Shown here in pieces: positions 20,634 through 30,585 of a DNA stretch of 64,000 nucleotides. A program made the position numbers and the translations under genes. The stretch is taken from the NCBI GenBank assembly GCA_963821525.1, contig CAWGED010000005.1:800001-864000 (forward strand). The letters run 5' to 3'. The stretch comes from an uncultured Gemmatimonadales bacterium. GTDB taxonomy: Bacteria; Gemmatimonadota; Gemmatimonadetes; Gemmatimonadales; GWC2-71-9. The notes beneath the pieces are model-generated. The model was not told the DNA's origin, made no database searches, and was given only the letters and a program-made list of their open reading frames with translations. The first letter of the stretch is position 1. Each line of letters starts with the position of its first letter.

Positions 20634-22526
20634 TCAGAGCCAGTTGACCGGGCCGTCGACCCGCAGCACAGGGATCGTGCCCGCCTTCGGCGCGATGAAT
20701 GGATCACCCTCTGCCCGCTGCGCTGGATCGACCCATTCATCATCCTGCGGCACCTTGGGCACCCCGATCGCGTGCATTGCGAGGGTCCCCGCGCGGCTGA
20801 TCCGCAGCCGGAGGAAGTTCTTGCAGTCGGGGATAGCCTGCGAGGAAAAGAGCTCGTTGATATGCCCCGCGTGGAACTTGCTCGAGAACCAGAGATAGAA
20901 GGCGAACAACATCCCACCCAGAAATCCCCCACCGATCACCATCTCCAGGGTGAAGACGATCACCTGGACCGCGCTATCCTCCTGCATGTGCCTGAGGTTG
21001 ATCGTCGAGATGGCCCAGATCATTCCGAAGCAGAGCAACAGGTGCATCACCCCATGAACAGCGCCCAGCCAGGGGAAGGCGACCCGCTTTTCGGAAGCCC
21101 GGAACTGATAGAGACCCAGGACCACCAGGAGGGCAAAGGCGACATTCGACGGGCTATGCCGCAGAATCTGCCAATAGGAATCGATCACCGAGCCTACCTC
21201 GGTCGCTCCCCTCCCTTGCAGGCAACGCATCAGGGTCGCGTTGTAACGGGGCAGGCCACAGTCGATCGTGTGCCCCTTGCTGGTGCTTTGCAGAGTCCAG
21301 GCGAAAAAGAGGTAGATAACACCGAGGAAGAAACTGAACATTCGATTGCGAAAGGGCAGCTTAAAGCATTTGCGAGCCCAGGTATGGGACTCCTCCTCCG
21401 AGGGATACATGGCTTCGCGCCGATACTGCACGATCTGATCGTCTTCAGTCAGGTCGAGCTGCATCGGCATGTGATGGGTGGGGTAGAGATAGGCCCCCCC
21501 GCCCCCCGACGTGATCCGCTGGATGCGATGATGTGGCTCAGGCGCAGGCTCCTTTCCTTCCGCGTTCGGCTCTTTCGGTTTGAGCTCGCTCCGGGAAACC
21601 CCAGCATACCGCATGTAGTGGTGGGCATCGCCTGAAATCGTGGCGGCCAGCCGGATGCCGCATTCGCGAATACGGGTGCGCTCGAAGAAGGCCTCGCTGT
21701 CGAAGAGGTGCGGCTCGGGATACCGGGTGCCCATTCCCGGAGAGGCCTCCGATCCGCAAGCCACCCAGGTCGGGACACCGGTGCAGAGAATCAGCCGCGG
21801 CTCCTCGTCTTTGGGGGAGGCCTGTGTCATGCTCTCTCCCACCCGACGGAAGTAGTCCAGCTGCGGCTGATCGATGTCGGCGCCGAGCTGGATATCGACC
21901 CCCCAGAGCCACCAGTTGTGCGGCAGCCGGAGGGCGAAATAGCTGCGCCGCTGCCGGGTGGCCCAGCGGCCGATGCGCCGCCCCTGACAGAAGACCCGGA
22001 GGAAGCTGGTCAGTCCATCGTACCAGTCGTGATTTCCCGGGATGGCGTAGAGATCGGGATCGTCAGGCCGGCCACCTTCGGGGAAATCGGGCAGCGCCGA
22101 CTCATAGGGTCCGCGCAGCCGATGACGATAGGCATCCTGACCCGGGGTGGGATAGACCTGATCTCCTCCCATCACCAGGAAGCGCCCGCGGGGCAGCGGT
22201 GTTTCGTCAGGCCCGGGCAGGGTGACTGAGGGTTGGGCCAGCAACCAGGCGATGGCGTAGGTCGAGTTGAAACCGTCCCCCAAGTCGGCCACGAAGTCGA
22301 ACCAGAAATCGTCAGAGCCATAGTCGGAGTAGTCGGCATCGTAGGGGGCGGGGCTCTGCTGCAACGGATGCAACGCCGCCTGCATTTCCCGCTTGTCGGC
22401 GTAGGCACCGAAGACCCCCGCCACCACCGCCTTCACCGCCGTTCTCGACAGTTGAACGGGGTGCAGCCAATCGGTCATCTTCTCTCGTCTGAACTCCGGA
22501 GCCATCCCCCTGGCGGGCGGGGTCAT
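20634..22526 (-). CDS. Calcineurin-like metallophosphoesterase with C-terminal TM helices
   Basis: ADLGDG, GGDQVYP, PGNHDWYD, GDAHHY and SGGGGA motifs; about 4-5 TM segments. Confidence 0.85.
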   Translation of the reverse strand: MTPPARGMAPEFRREKMTDWLHPVQLSRTAVKAVVAGVFGAYADKREMQAALHPLQQSPAPYDADYSDYGSDDFWFDFVADLGDGFNSTYAIAWLLAQPSVTLPGPDETPLPRGRFLVMGGDQVYPTPGQDAYRHRLRGPYESALPDFPEGGRPDDPDLYAIPGNHDWYDGLTSFLRVFCQGRRIGRWATRQRRSYFALRLPHNWWLWGVDIQLGADIDQPQLDYFRRVGESMTQASPKDEEPRLILCTGVPTWVACGSEASPGMGTRYPEPHLFDSEAFFERTRIRECGIRLAATISGDAHHYMRYAGVSRSELKPKEPNAEGKEPAPEPHHRIQRITSGGGGAYLYPTHHMPMQLDLTEDDQIVQYRREAMYPSEEESHTWARKCFKLPFRNRMFSFFLGVIYLFFAWTLQSTSKGHTIDCGLPRYNATLMRCLQGRGATEVGSVIDSYWQILRHSPSNVAFALLVVLGLYQFRASEKRVAFPWLGAVHGVMHLLLCFGMIWAISTINLRHMQEDSAVQVIVFTLEMVIGGGFLGGMLFAFYLWFSSKFHAGHINELFSSQAIPDCKNFLRLRISRAGTLAMHAIGVPKVPQDDEWVDPAQRAEGDPFIAPKAGTIPVLRVDGPVNWL

Positions 22527-22575
22527 GAGCGAATCACGGGTGGCAGCGAGGGGGAGATTGAGGCGTTAGACCGGT

Positions 22576-24116
22576 TCATGCGCTGGGTGCCGGCCCGCCG
22601 TATTGATCCCACAACTGTCCGATGAAGAACTTGCCGAACCTGGCCACGGCCGCCGCCGCCTCTCCGATCGACTCGCTGCCGGTGGCGTGCATGGTGGAGA
22701 CGAGCCGACCCAGCTCGATCACGCCGAGGCGCAGGATGCCGGCCCCGACCACCTTGCCCTGGGCGTCGGTCCCCTCGTGGAGCTGGGTGAAGAGGGTCGT
22801 GGTGTCGCTCCAGAGATCGGGTCCCGGATCATCCCGCACCACCTTCTTGCCGGCGAGGTAGTAGTCCTTTTCTCCATGGCGAAAACCCAGCTCGTAGACC
22901 ATGTAGCGGGTGCGAGGACTGTCTGCCGGGGAGAAGAGTTGGAAGACGCCGGTGCGAGCGGGGAGGTCGGTGCCGAATGGAGGGTAGCTGATCGACCCGG
23001 TAATTCGTCCGCCATGCTGCGGATCTTTGATGAAGCGGTCCAGATCCTCAATCGAGATGGTCGCCCGCATGGTGAGGGTGGGGGCACTGTCGGCGGCACC
23101 GGTCTTGGGGTCGGTCGCGCCGAGAGTGACGTGGCCTTCCATCGTTTCGCGGAAGGTGATGCCGATAGCCGAGGGGGTCATGGCTGTGACCTCAGGCGCA
23201 AAGGGGAGACCGCCAGGGGCCCGCTGCCCGAGATAGGCATGGGCGTCCTGATAGCCCATTTCGATCAGGGTCGCGGCGTCGATCCGGCCGAGGTAGTAGT
23301 CGGGATCGAGGGGAAGGGGATAGTTGGGTCGGATGACGTGAAGAGTGATCGGCCGGGTGCGACCGCCGATCGCCTCTCCCGCGGCGATGCGCTGATTGAG
23401 CTCCCGGATACGCTCGAATTCCTCGAACAGCGCGCCGTTGGCGGAGAGCTCGATCATGTGGACATACTGATAGAAGGGGCCGCCGCGATAGTGCGGGGTA
23501 TTGCCGATGCACCAGACCACCCAGAGCTCATCCGCTCCCCGGGCTACCGCTTCCATCAGATTGGCGTCCTTGATCCAGACCGAATCGAGGTAGAGGGCAT
23601 CCCCCTTTTTGACTGCGGGCATGAACAACGGCAGCGAGATCCCGGCGACCAGCAGATCGCGGTCGACCCTGTCGTTGGGGATCGCTTCGTTGGTCTTGCG
23701 GGTGAAGTTGCAGACGTTGAAGGTCCCGCTCATTCCAGTAGCGGCATTGATCCGGCCGACGTCGATGCCGAGATGGGGAAAGACCTTGTTGACGATCCCG
23801 TCGGCATCGCCCATCGCCGGCACGGCAAGGCCCTTGAGATACTCCCGGAGGGGCAGGAGCGAGACGAAGTCGTGCACGTTGAGAGTACGCCAGCGGTGGC
23901 ACATCTCGTCAGGCGTCAGCCCCGAGAAGAGCATGGCGAGGTTGATGGTCCCGCCCGAGGTGCCGTCGGCATGGAAGAAGGAGAGGCCGGCTTCCTCCAG
24001 CGCCCGAATCACCCCCGCCTGGTAGGCGACCCGCATCCCTCCCCCGGCAAGAATGAGGGCTCGGCGCGGGGCCGTTCCCGCGCCGCGGCGAGGGAGGGCC
24101 GGTGCGCTGCCGTCAC
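22576..24116 (-). CDS. Patatin-like phospholipase fused to a C-terminal beta-rich domain (start approximate)
   Basis: ALILAGGG oxyanion loop and GTSGG nucleophile; DSV replaces DGG; C-terminal domain starts GITFRETMEG. Confidence 0.8.
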
Positions 24117-24496
24117 GACCGGCTACCGCCCTGCGCCAGGTACCAGAAGATCAGCACACCGGAGAAGAGATCGAACCCGGCGACCAGCAGCGCGACGGGA
24201 CTGAAGATCGCATGCCAGACGCCGAGCCCGACGGCGGCCGAGGCCCCCAGCTTCTGCAGCCCCGCCCAGAAGAGGACGATCGGCTGGGCGGTGGGGCTCC
24301 GCAGCGCCTGCAGCAGCGCGCCGCCGAAGAGCAGCATGAACATCCCCACGATGCCGAAGAAGTGATTGCCGGCCGGGGTGCTCGCCCCGCCAACGAACCG
24401 CAGGACCAGGGAGGGCCAGAACATCTGCACCGCGCCGCTCACAATCGTGGCCACAGCGATCAGCATCAGGAAGCGCCACAACCATTCGCGCGACAT
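24113..24496 (-). CDS. Small 4-TM membrane protein
   Basis: Hydrophobic ORF translationally coupled on both sides. Confidence 0.75.
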   Translation of the reverse strand: MSREWLWRFLMLIAVATIVSGAVQMFWPSLVLRFVGGASTPAGNHFFGIVGMFMLLFGGALLQALRSPTAQPIVLFWAGLQKLGASAAVGLGVWHAIFSPVALLVAGFDLFSGVLIFWYLAQGGSRS

Positions 24497-24990
24497 CACT
24501 TCCTCCCTTCCCCGATCGCATCCAGGGTATCTCCCCGGCGGAAGAAATAGGTCATCAGCACCAGCCACATCAGGGTGAGGAGCACCCAGCGGATGTCATT
24601 GAGGGACATCCAGCGGCGGAGCAGTGCCGTGAGCTGCTCCTGGTCGGTGATGTGGCCGGCGAGGATCTTGTTCACCGGAATGATCCGCAGGGTGCCGACG
24701 ATAGTGGCGGTGCCGAGACAGGCGAGTGCCGCGATCGGGTACCAGCGGAAGCGGGTAGACCACTCCTGCCAGACCATGATGGCACCGGTGAGAATCATCA
24801 ACGGCACTACGATGGTGAAGAAGCGGGTCGCGGTGCTGGTCTGGGGAATGAACTGGTCGTAGTAGTTGTCGACTGCGAGGTGCTGCCAGCTGGGGAACCA
24901 GAAGAAGTGCAGCGCCCAGAGCACGCCGACGTAGAGGGTGGTACCGAAGAAGAGATAGCCGTGATTGAGGGCCAGCAGGATGCGCTTCAT
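24496..24990 (-). CDS. 4-TM membrane protein (DUF1772/anthrone-oxygenase-like, tentative)
   Basis: Four TM segments and a 'P.N..L...W...N.IR' pattern. Confidence 0.65.
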   Translation of the reverse strand: MKRILLALNHGYLFFGTTLYVGVLWALHFFWFPSWQHLAVDNYYDQFIPQTSTATRFFTIVVPLMILTGAIMVWQEWSTRFRWYPIAALACLGTATIVGTLRIIPVNKILAGHITDQEQLTALLRRWMSLNDIRWVLLTLMWLVLMTYFFRRGDTLDAIGEGRK

Positions 24991-25041
24991 GGGTCGCAAG
25001 CTCCGGTGGGACTGGGCAGAGGGTTGCGGTCGGAAGAAACT

Positions 25042-25909
25042 TCACCGCCCCGCGGTGGGAGGCGGGGGCCACACCTGGGCCAGGCCCAGTTGGGCGACGC
25101 TTTCGAGACCTTCGGGCGGCGAGGTCGGCGCGGTGGGAAAGCTCAGGAACCAGCTCTCGAAGTAGTCGTCCAGCAATCCGACGGCGTCGGGGATGAAAGC
25201 GGTGAAGAGCGGCCGGGGGGCGATATCCAGCTGCTTGAGCGGCGCCAGCCGCGGGTGCGGCCCGATTGTCAGCCGGGCCGACGCCTTGCCCAGAAGGCCG
25301 AGGGCGGCGTGGCCCTTGAAGTAGATGTAGGACTTCATCAGGAGGCCGCGGAAGCCGCAGTAGTTGGCGGTGCCGACGTTGAGCGGCAGCCAGCTCTTGC
25401 CGGGGCGATCGACCTCGATCAGCATGGCGAGCTGGCCGTCGAGATCGTACTGGCTGCTCACCATGGTGTCGCTGAGCTTGAAATCGAGGCTGGCCTGGTG
25501 CTTGGGCATCCCCCAGATCCCCTTTCCACCCTTGACCGAGACCTCCGTGCTTACCGGCAGGTCGAAGACGTACTGGCCAGTGCCGTAGGCTGGAGCAGCA
25601 AGGCAGGCAACAGCCGGGGCGCCCGCTTCCGGCCCATGGGTGCAGGCGATCGCGATGCTGAACTCGATGTAAGTGCCGATGTTGGTAGCGAGATAGTGGA
25701 TCACCGTGATGACCAGCAAGCCACGATTCCACAAGCGGAACGGATGGACCTCCCCGCCGGGCAGCAGCGCCGCCGCCTTCCCGGCGTCGATCGGAAAGGC
25801 CGCCATAAGGGCGCGGCGAGGGCTGACAGGTGACCGGCAAGCGGAACGGGATGCCGTCCACCAGCGCATATCGCCCCGACCTCTCCCGCAATCGGTCGGG
25901 TATCCCCAT
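25042..25909 (-). CDS. Acetoacetate-decarboxylase-family protein (frameshift near 25815)
   Basis: IGTYIEF, DLPVSTE and GKGIWGMPK (Schiff-base Lys position); GGAG RBS. Confidence 0.78.
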
Positions 25910-25923
25910 AACTCCTCCGCTGG

Positions 25924-26983
25924 CTAACTGCCGCGTTCGATCTCGGCCAGCATCAGGGGGAAGACGTCCACCGCCGCATTCTGGCCCATGAATACATCGA
26001 GATGACCATAGCCCCCCAGCAAGTGCATCGAATGGAATTCGCGCCGGTGGTGGTCGAAGTAGTCGTAGGTGCGCTGCTGGCTCTCGGGCAGGAAACAGCG
26101 ATTCATGTCGCCGGCGAAGAAGGCGAACCGGGCGTCGGTCCGGGGCGGCTCGGCGAGCAGGTTCTCGGGCAGCTCGGGGAGCCCGCCGACCGGCACCAGC
26201 TGCCCCCGACCTACGCGCTTGGGGATCTGCTTGAAGAACGTCATCGGCACATGGGCGAATTCGGCTTGAGCCATTCATGGGTTTCGGGATTCAGGTTCTC
26301 GTGCCGCCAGAGGGTGGGGAAGCCGGTGCCGTAGGTGAAGCTGGCGTAGCGGCAGACCATATTGTCGCACTCGCGGTGGGTTAGCCGCACAAAGGCGGTG
26401 ATCAGCCGCGCGGTGGTGGTCGGGGCGTGGATGCCCCACTGGCAATCGAGGTAGGGTGTCAGCTTCGCAACCAGCGGCAACGCCAGCCTGAGCTTGAGTG
26501 CCGACAGGCCGGGGACCACCGGGTGGAGCGAGACGGCGTTGGAGAGGATCGGTGTGGCCTGGGGGATCAAGCCGGCCACCGCCGAGAGCATGAAGCTGGT
26601 GGAGCCTTGGCAGTGGACCACCGCCGGGAGGGTCGTGGCGCCGGTTTCGGCTAACACGGTCCGGACGGCGACGGGGTGATCGTGCACCGCGGCCTGGTCC
26701 AGACTCCACTCGTTGGGGGGAGATCGATGCTGGCGCGCCAGTTCTCCAGCCAGACGTCGTAGCCGCGGGCGACCAGGTAGTCCACCAGCGAGGTGCGCAC
26801 CGGAGCTCGGAAGATATTGGCCCGCACCCCCGCACCGTGCACCAGGAGGACCGGCCCCCGGGTTGCCTCCTGCGGCCCCCTGACATTGATGAGGTTGCAG
26901 GCGAAGCCATCCCCCGCCGTGAACGGCACGACCCGCTCGCGGTACCCTCCTCCTGGCGCACCAACTCCAGATGCACCGTTCAC
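25924..26983 (-). CDS. Alpha/beta hydrolase with Cys nucleophile (two frameshifts)
   Basis: LLVHGAG, GYDVWLENWRAS, VVHCQGS elbow and GYGHLD. Confidence 0.8.
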
Positions 26984-27285
26984 AGGACCTTTTCCGGTGG
27001 CTCGGGCGGCATTCTGCCCTCCTGTTCCGGCACCTCTCGAACGAGGGTCCGATCAACCCGGAATAACATGCGGCTGGTGGGGAGGGGGCGCTAGGTGCGA
27101 GGCGGGCCCGACGCGCGTGTCCGAGTGGAGTCGTATCCTGGTCGAGTCAGCACGAATACTCTCTGAACGCCTGGCGTGTGCTCCGCAAGAGTCCGCCACG
27201 CTGCGGAATCGGGTCGATCCTCCGCCGGTAATTCATTCGGACCGATCCACGCGATGTGCTCAGTCGGATGCGTGACGTCATCGGC

Positions 27286-27320
27286 GTTGGCCGTTGGCTG
27301 TTAGCGGTTAGCTGAGAGCA
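27286..27320. repeat. Degenerate heptamer tandem (GTTRGCN)n
   Basis: gttggcc gttggct gttagcg gttagct gagagc. Confidence 0.55.
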
Positions 27321-27380
27321 GGCAAATGGGAGAATTCGCGGGCTGCCGCTGCTGGTCTATTGCTGAAATGTGACCGTTCG

Positions 27381-27998
27381 TTACGGCGCCACCGGGTCCC
27401 CAGCGGTGGTCACCAGCCGGCGGCCGGCGAGCCTCACCTCGCGAGCCGCGGCCTCCAAGTTGTTCAGCACCGCACGGATGGGTCCGGCCAAAGTGGGATC
27501 CGAGACGACCTGGTCCAAGCTGAGTTGCCTGCCTGCCATCGGAACCTCGACGACAGCTGGAGTGAGGAGTTCGGCTGACATCGTCTTGAGCGTCTCCACC
27601 AGCGCCGCCTGGGCATGAACTGCCCGCGGGGCCGTGTTCAGGAGGGCAACCGGTAGAGAGGGAAACTCCAACCCGCTGACCAGCCAGTCGAGCGCATTCT
27701 TCAAGGATCCCGGAACCCCATGCGCATATTCAGGACTGGAGATCAGGAGCGCATCGGCGGCGGCCACCTGTGCTCTGAATACGCGAACCGCTGGCGGACG
27801 GCCGGTGTCAGTATCGTCATCAGGGTTGAAGTGGGGCAGGTCCGCCAACCCCAGATAAAACTCGACGTGAACACCGGACGGGGCCAGTGCCTGAGCGGCT
27901 TGCAGGATCAGGGAGTTCGAGGATGCGCTGCGCAGGCTCCCTGACAAGGCCAGGACGCGAAGAGGCCCACTGCGAGGAGAAGAGATGCCAGCTTCCAT
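27381..27998 (-). CDS. NADPH-dependent FMN reductase
   Basis: SGSLRSASSN and SPEYAHGVPGSLKNALDW. Confidence 0.9.
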   Translation of the reverse strand: MEAGISSPRSGPLRVLALSGSLRSASSNSLILQAAQALAPSGVHVEFYLGLADLPHFNPDDDTDTGRPPAVRVFRAQVAAADALLISSPEYAHGVPGSLKNALDWLVSGLEFPSLPVALLNTAPRAVHAQAALVETLKTMSAELLTPAVVEVPMAGRQLSLDQVVSDPTLAGPIRAVLNNLEAAAREVRLAGRRLVTTAGDPVAP

Positions 27999-28059
27999 TC
28001 GGGTGTCTGAACTATCGATGCGGGAGGGCGCATTGATCCGCGCTCCTCTCCAACGGAGG

Positions 28060-28419
28060 TCAGGGAGTTGCCTCGGAACGCGCCAACGGGTAACGGGAGA
28101 GGCCCCATACGACGAGGATCACCGCTCCAGCCGCCATGAAGAAGAGGCGCGGCGTGCCGGACCAGTGGAGCAGCGTGGGAAGTAGGATCAACGCCACACC
28201 GACGAGGGCCTCGACGGCACTATGCAGACTCAGAGGTACGAGACGATGGTCAGTGGGAGAAAACTGGGTCAGGAGTGTCATCCCCAGGTGAACGCCAGCC
28301 AGAGTGTAGGCCAGTATCGCGGGGAACCCACTCAGGCCAAAAATGGAGGGAGCCACGGTGAAGACCACGACGGTGACGAAGTCGAGGACCCGGTGTAAAG
28401 CTGGGCCGATGATGGGCAT
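28060..28419 (-). CDS. Small membrane protein (SPW-repeat-like)
   Basis: GAGG RBS, LHRVLDF and LHSAVE motifs, 4 TM segments. Confidence 0.7.
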   Translation of the reverse strand: MPIIGPALHRVLDFVTVVVFTVAPSIFGLSGFPAILAYTLAGVHLGMTLLTQFSPTDHRLVPLSLHSAVEALVGVALILLPTLLHWSGTPRLFFMAAGAVILVVWGLSRYPLARSEATP

Positions 28420-28457
28420 GACCTCTCCTTGATCCGAACTTCTTACGTCCCGGCCCA

Positions 28458-28544
28458 CGGCGTGGGTGAGATTCGAACTCACGGAACCCTTGCAGGTTCG
28501 CCGGTTTTCAAGACCGGTGCATTCAACCACTCTGCCACCACGCC
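28458..28544 (-). tRNA. tRNA-Ser(TGA)
   Basis: GGCGTGGTGGCAGAGTGG...CCGGTCTTGAAAACCGG...long variable arm...GTTCGAATCTCACCCACGCCG. Confidence 0.95.
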
Positions 28545-28606
28545 AGGCGTTCAACGTAGCGAAGCGAAACCCTGACGCCAAGCAGAGCTCCGGGCGGGGC
28601 TCTGAC

Positions 28607-29013
28607 TCAGAACCTGTCCCCGACCAGCGGCAACTCCCGCCGGCGGATCACCAGGACGGCCGTGGCGGCGACCAAACCGTGATCGCGAGCTTGAACAGCA
28701 GGCCATGGTCTCCCTGGACCTCGATGCCGAGTCGCGTCAAATGGCTCACGATGGCGCCGCCCATCAAGCCGATCGCCAGGACGGCACCGAGCACGGGCGT
28801 TTTCGGGTAAAGCAGCAGGGCGACGGTGATCAGTTCGAGGATGCCGGTGCCGATCCGCCCCCATGGCTCCACACCCAGCGTGCTGAAGATGTACTTCGCC
28901 TCGGCGGCTCCGGTGAACTTGAAGAAGAGGGTTTGCCCCAGGATGACGGCGGCGGTGAGCTGAAAGACCCAGCTGGCGATGGTGGGGCCCCGCCCGAGCA
29001 ACCTCGCGTCCAT
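28607..29013 (-). CDS. DoxX-family membrane protein (frameshift near 28675)
   Basis: QTLFFKFTG, GVEPWGRIGTGILEL and GAIVSHL. Confidence 0.8.
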
Positions 29014-29066
29014 GTCTGCACTCCGTTCCAGAAGGATGTACCTGGCTCCAACTATTCCTTCGAGGA

Positions 29067-29093
29067 AACGCCGCGCTCCTTTCCTTGGTTCCC
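29067..29093 (-). promoter_or_regulatory. Putative ECF promoter for doxX
   Basis: GGGAACC-N16-CGTT. Confidence 0.65.
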
Positions 29094-29111
29094 TCTTTAG
29101 CCACGCATCTT

Positions 29112-29146
29112 GTTGTCCGCCCTGTCCGCCCTGTCCGCCCCGACGG
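29112..29146. repeat. Nonamer tandem (CTGTCCGCC)x3
   Basis: ttgtccgccctgtccgccctgtccgcc. Confidence 0.8.
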
Positions 29147-29148
29147 CC

Positions 29149-29175
29149 GGGAACCTTTTGACGCCCGGCACCCTT
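29149..29175 (+). promoter_or_regulatory. Putative ECF promoter for the sORF-sigma-antisigma unit
   Basis: GGGAACC-N16-CCTT. Confidence 0.6.
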
Positions 29176-29221
29176 CTGGGTATGGGCTTCACAAGGAAAC
29201 CAGGGTTTTCTGGAGGAGATC

Positions 29222-29359
29222 ATGAAGTCGACATCCCCATCGCCCAGGCAGACCACTGCGATTCCCGTCCGTTTCTGGTGGCAGCGGGAGCGGGTGCTCA
29301 GGATCCTGGCCCGCTGGGAGCGGACCACCCGGGAAGCCCGGTTGATGAGGGGGTCGTGA
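29222..29359 (+). CDS. Small ORF, 45 aa (MKSTSPSPRQTTAIPVRFWWQRERVLRILARWERTTREARLMRGS)
   Basis: Strong GGAGGA RBS; lies directly after the predicted ECF promoter; below the ORF-track cutoff. Confidence 0.45.
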   Translation: MKSTSPSPRQTTAIPVRFWWQRERVLRILARWERTTREARLMRGS

Positions 29360-29497
29360 GGTGCGAATCGTGGCGGCGGGGTCCGGTCTGAAACCAGGTG
29401 GGCTCCACGACGTTCCCATGTCGAGTCCGGGCAGCATATTGTCCGGTTGCCGGTGGAGACCGGACCAGCAATCTCGACCTGGGGTCACCGCACGAGC

Positions 29498-30146
29498 ATG
29501 ACCGAGGACCAGCCGGCTATAGAATCAGCGGCCTCTCTCGCCGCGCCAATCGCAGCGAGGGCGTTGCATTCCTTCGAGGCGCTTCTGGAGCCGGTGCTGG
29601 ACGGCGCGTTCGGCGTGGCACTCCGGTTTACCCGCAGCCGAAGCGATGCCGAGGACCTGGTACAGGAGGCGGCACTGCTCGCGTGCCGCGGGTTCCACGC
29701 ATTCATGCCGGGGAGCAACTTTCGCGCGTGGTTTTTTCGGATTCTGACCAATTGTTTCTACAGCCGTTACCGCAAAGAGCGTCGGCGAGCCGCGGATATC
29801 GAGCTGGAAGATGCCTCCGAGCTGTACATCTATCAGGAAACGGCCGCTCTCGGCCTTCACTCCAGGACCGACGACCCGGCCGTCGCTGCTATTCGACAAG
29901 CTGACCGTGGAGCAGATCGAGGAAGCCATCGCCGCCCTTTCCGACGAGTATCGCGTGGTAGCGACGCTCTATTTCCTCGAGGAGTTCTCCTACCAGGAGA
30001 TCGCCGAGGTGGTGGAGGTGCCGGTTGGGACCGTGCGGTCCCGTCTGCATCGCGCCCGCCATATGTTGCAGAAGGCGCTGTGGACGATTGCGAAGGAACG
30101 AGGGATCGTGAGCGCGCTGGCCGGCTCTACCGGGGAGGGAGACTGA
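29498..30146 (+). CDS. ECF sigma-70 factor (frameshift near 29885)
   Basis: DAEDLVQE, FRAWFFRIL and FSYQEIAEVVEVPVGTVRSRLHRAR. Confidence 0.9.
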
Positions 30147-30147
30147 C

Positions 30148-30438
30148 ATGCCTGCGCCCGACCGTTTGACCTGCGAGGAGACGTTCCACCGCCTCGATGA
30201 CTATCTGGACCGTGAACTTTCTCCGGAGGAGATGGGTCTGGTGCGAGAGCACCTCGAGACCTGTGCCGTCTGCGCCAGTGAATACCGCTTCGAGTCCGGA
30301 ATCATTGCCGGCGTGCGGGAGAAATTGCGCCACATCGCGGTCCCGGAAGGCCTGCGAGCGAAGATCTCCGCTCTCCTGGCCAAGGAAACGAACCGGAAGG
30401 GCGCGGTACCTAGCCGCCTTGCGCAGCACTCCCTCTAG
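30148..30438 (+). CDS. zf-HC2 (RsrA-like) cytoplasmic anti-sigma factor
   Basis: C...LDDYLDREL...HLETCAVC (HxxxCxxC); no TM segment. Confidence 0.88.
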   Translation: MPAPDRLTCEETFHRLDDYLDRELSPEEMGLVREHLETCAVCASEYRFESGIIAGVREKLRHIAVPEGLRAKISALLAKETNRKGAVPSRLAQHSL

Positions 30439-30465
30439 CACTTCCTCACGCCGCTCACCGCTCCC

Positions 30466-30492
30466 GGGAACCTTCTCCTCCCCTCTCTCATT
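30466..30492 (+). promoter_or_regulatory. Putative ECF promoter for the DM13-like gene
   Basis: GGGAACC-N16-CATT. Confidence 0.6.
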
Positions 30493-30585
30493 AGAGAGTC
30501 GCACGGGTTGATCCATCGAGGATCGACCCACACGATGGCCGCAATGCGGCGGCTCATCCAGAACAATTGACCTGGGGGAGGAATC

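Noticed and set aside
22576..24116. CBASS/CapV-type anti-phage patatin
   Set aside because: No CD-NTase or other defence genes are adjacent and the context is metabolic. Not fully excluded without testing.
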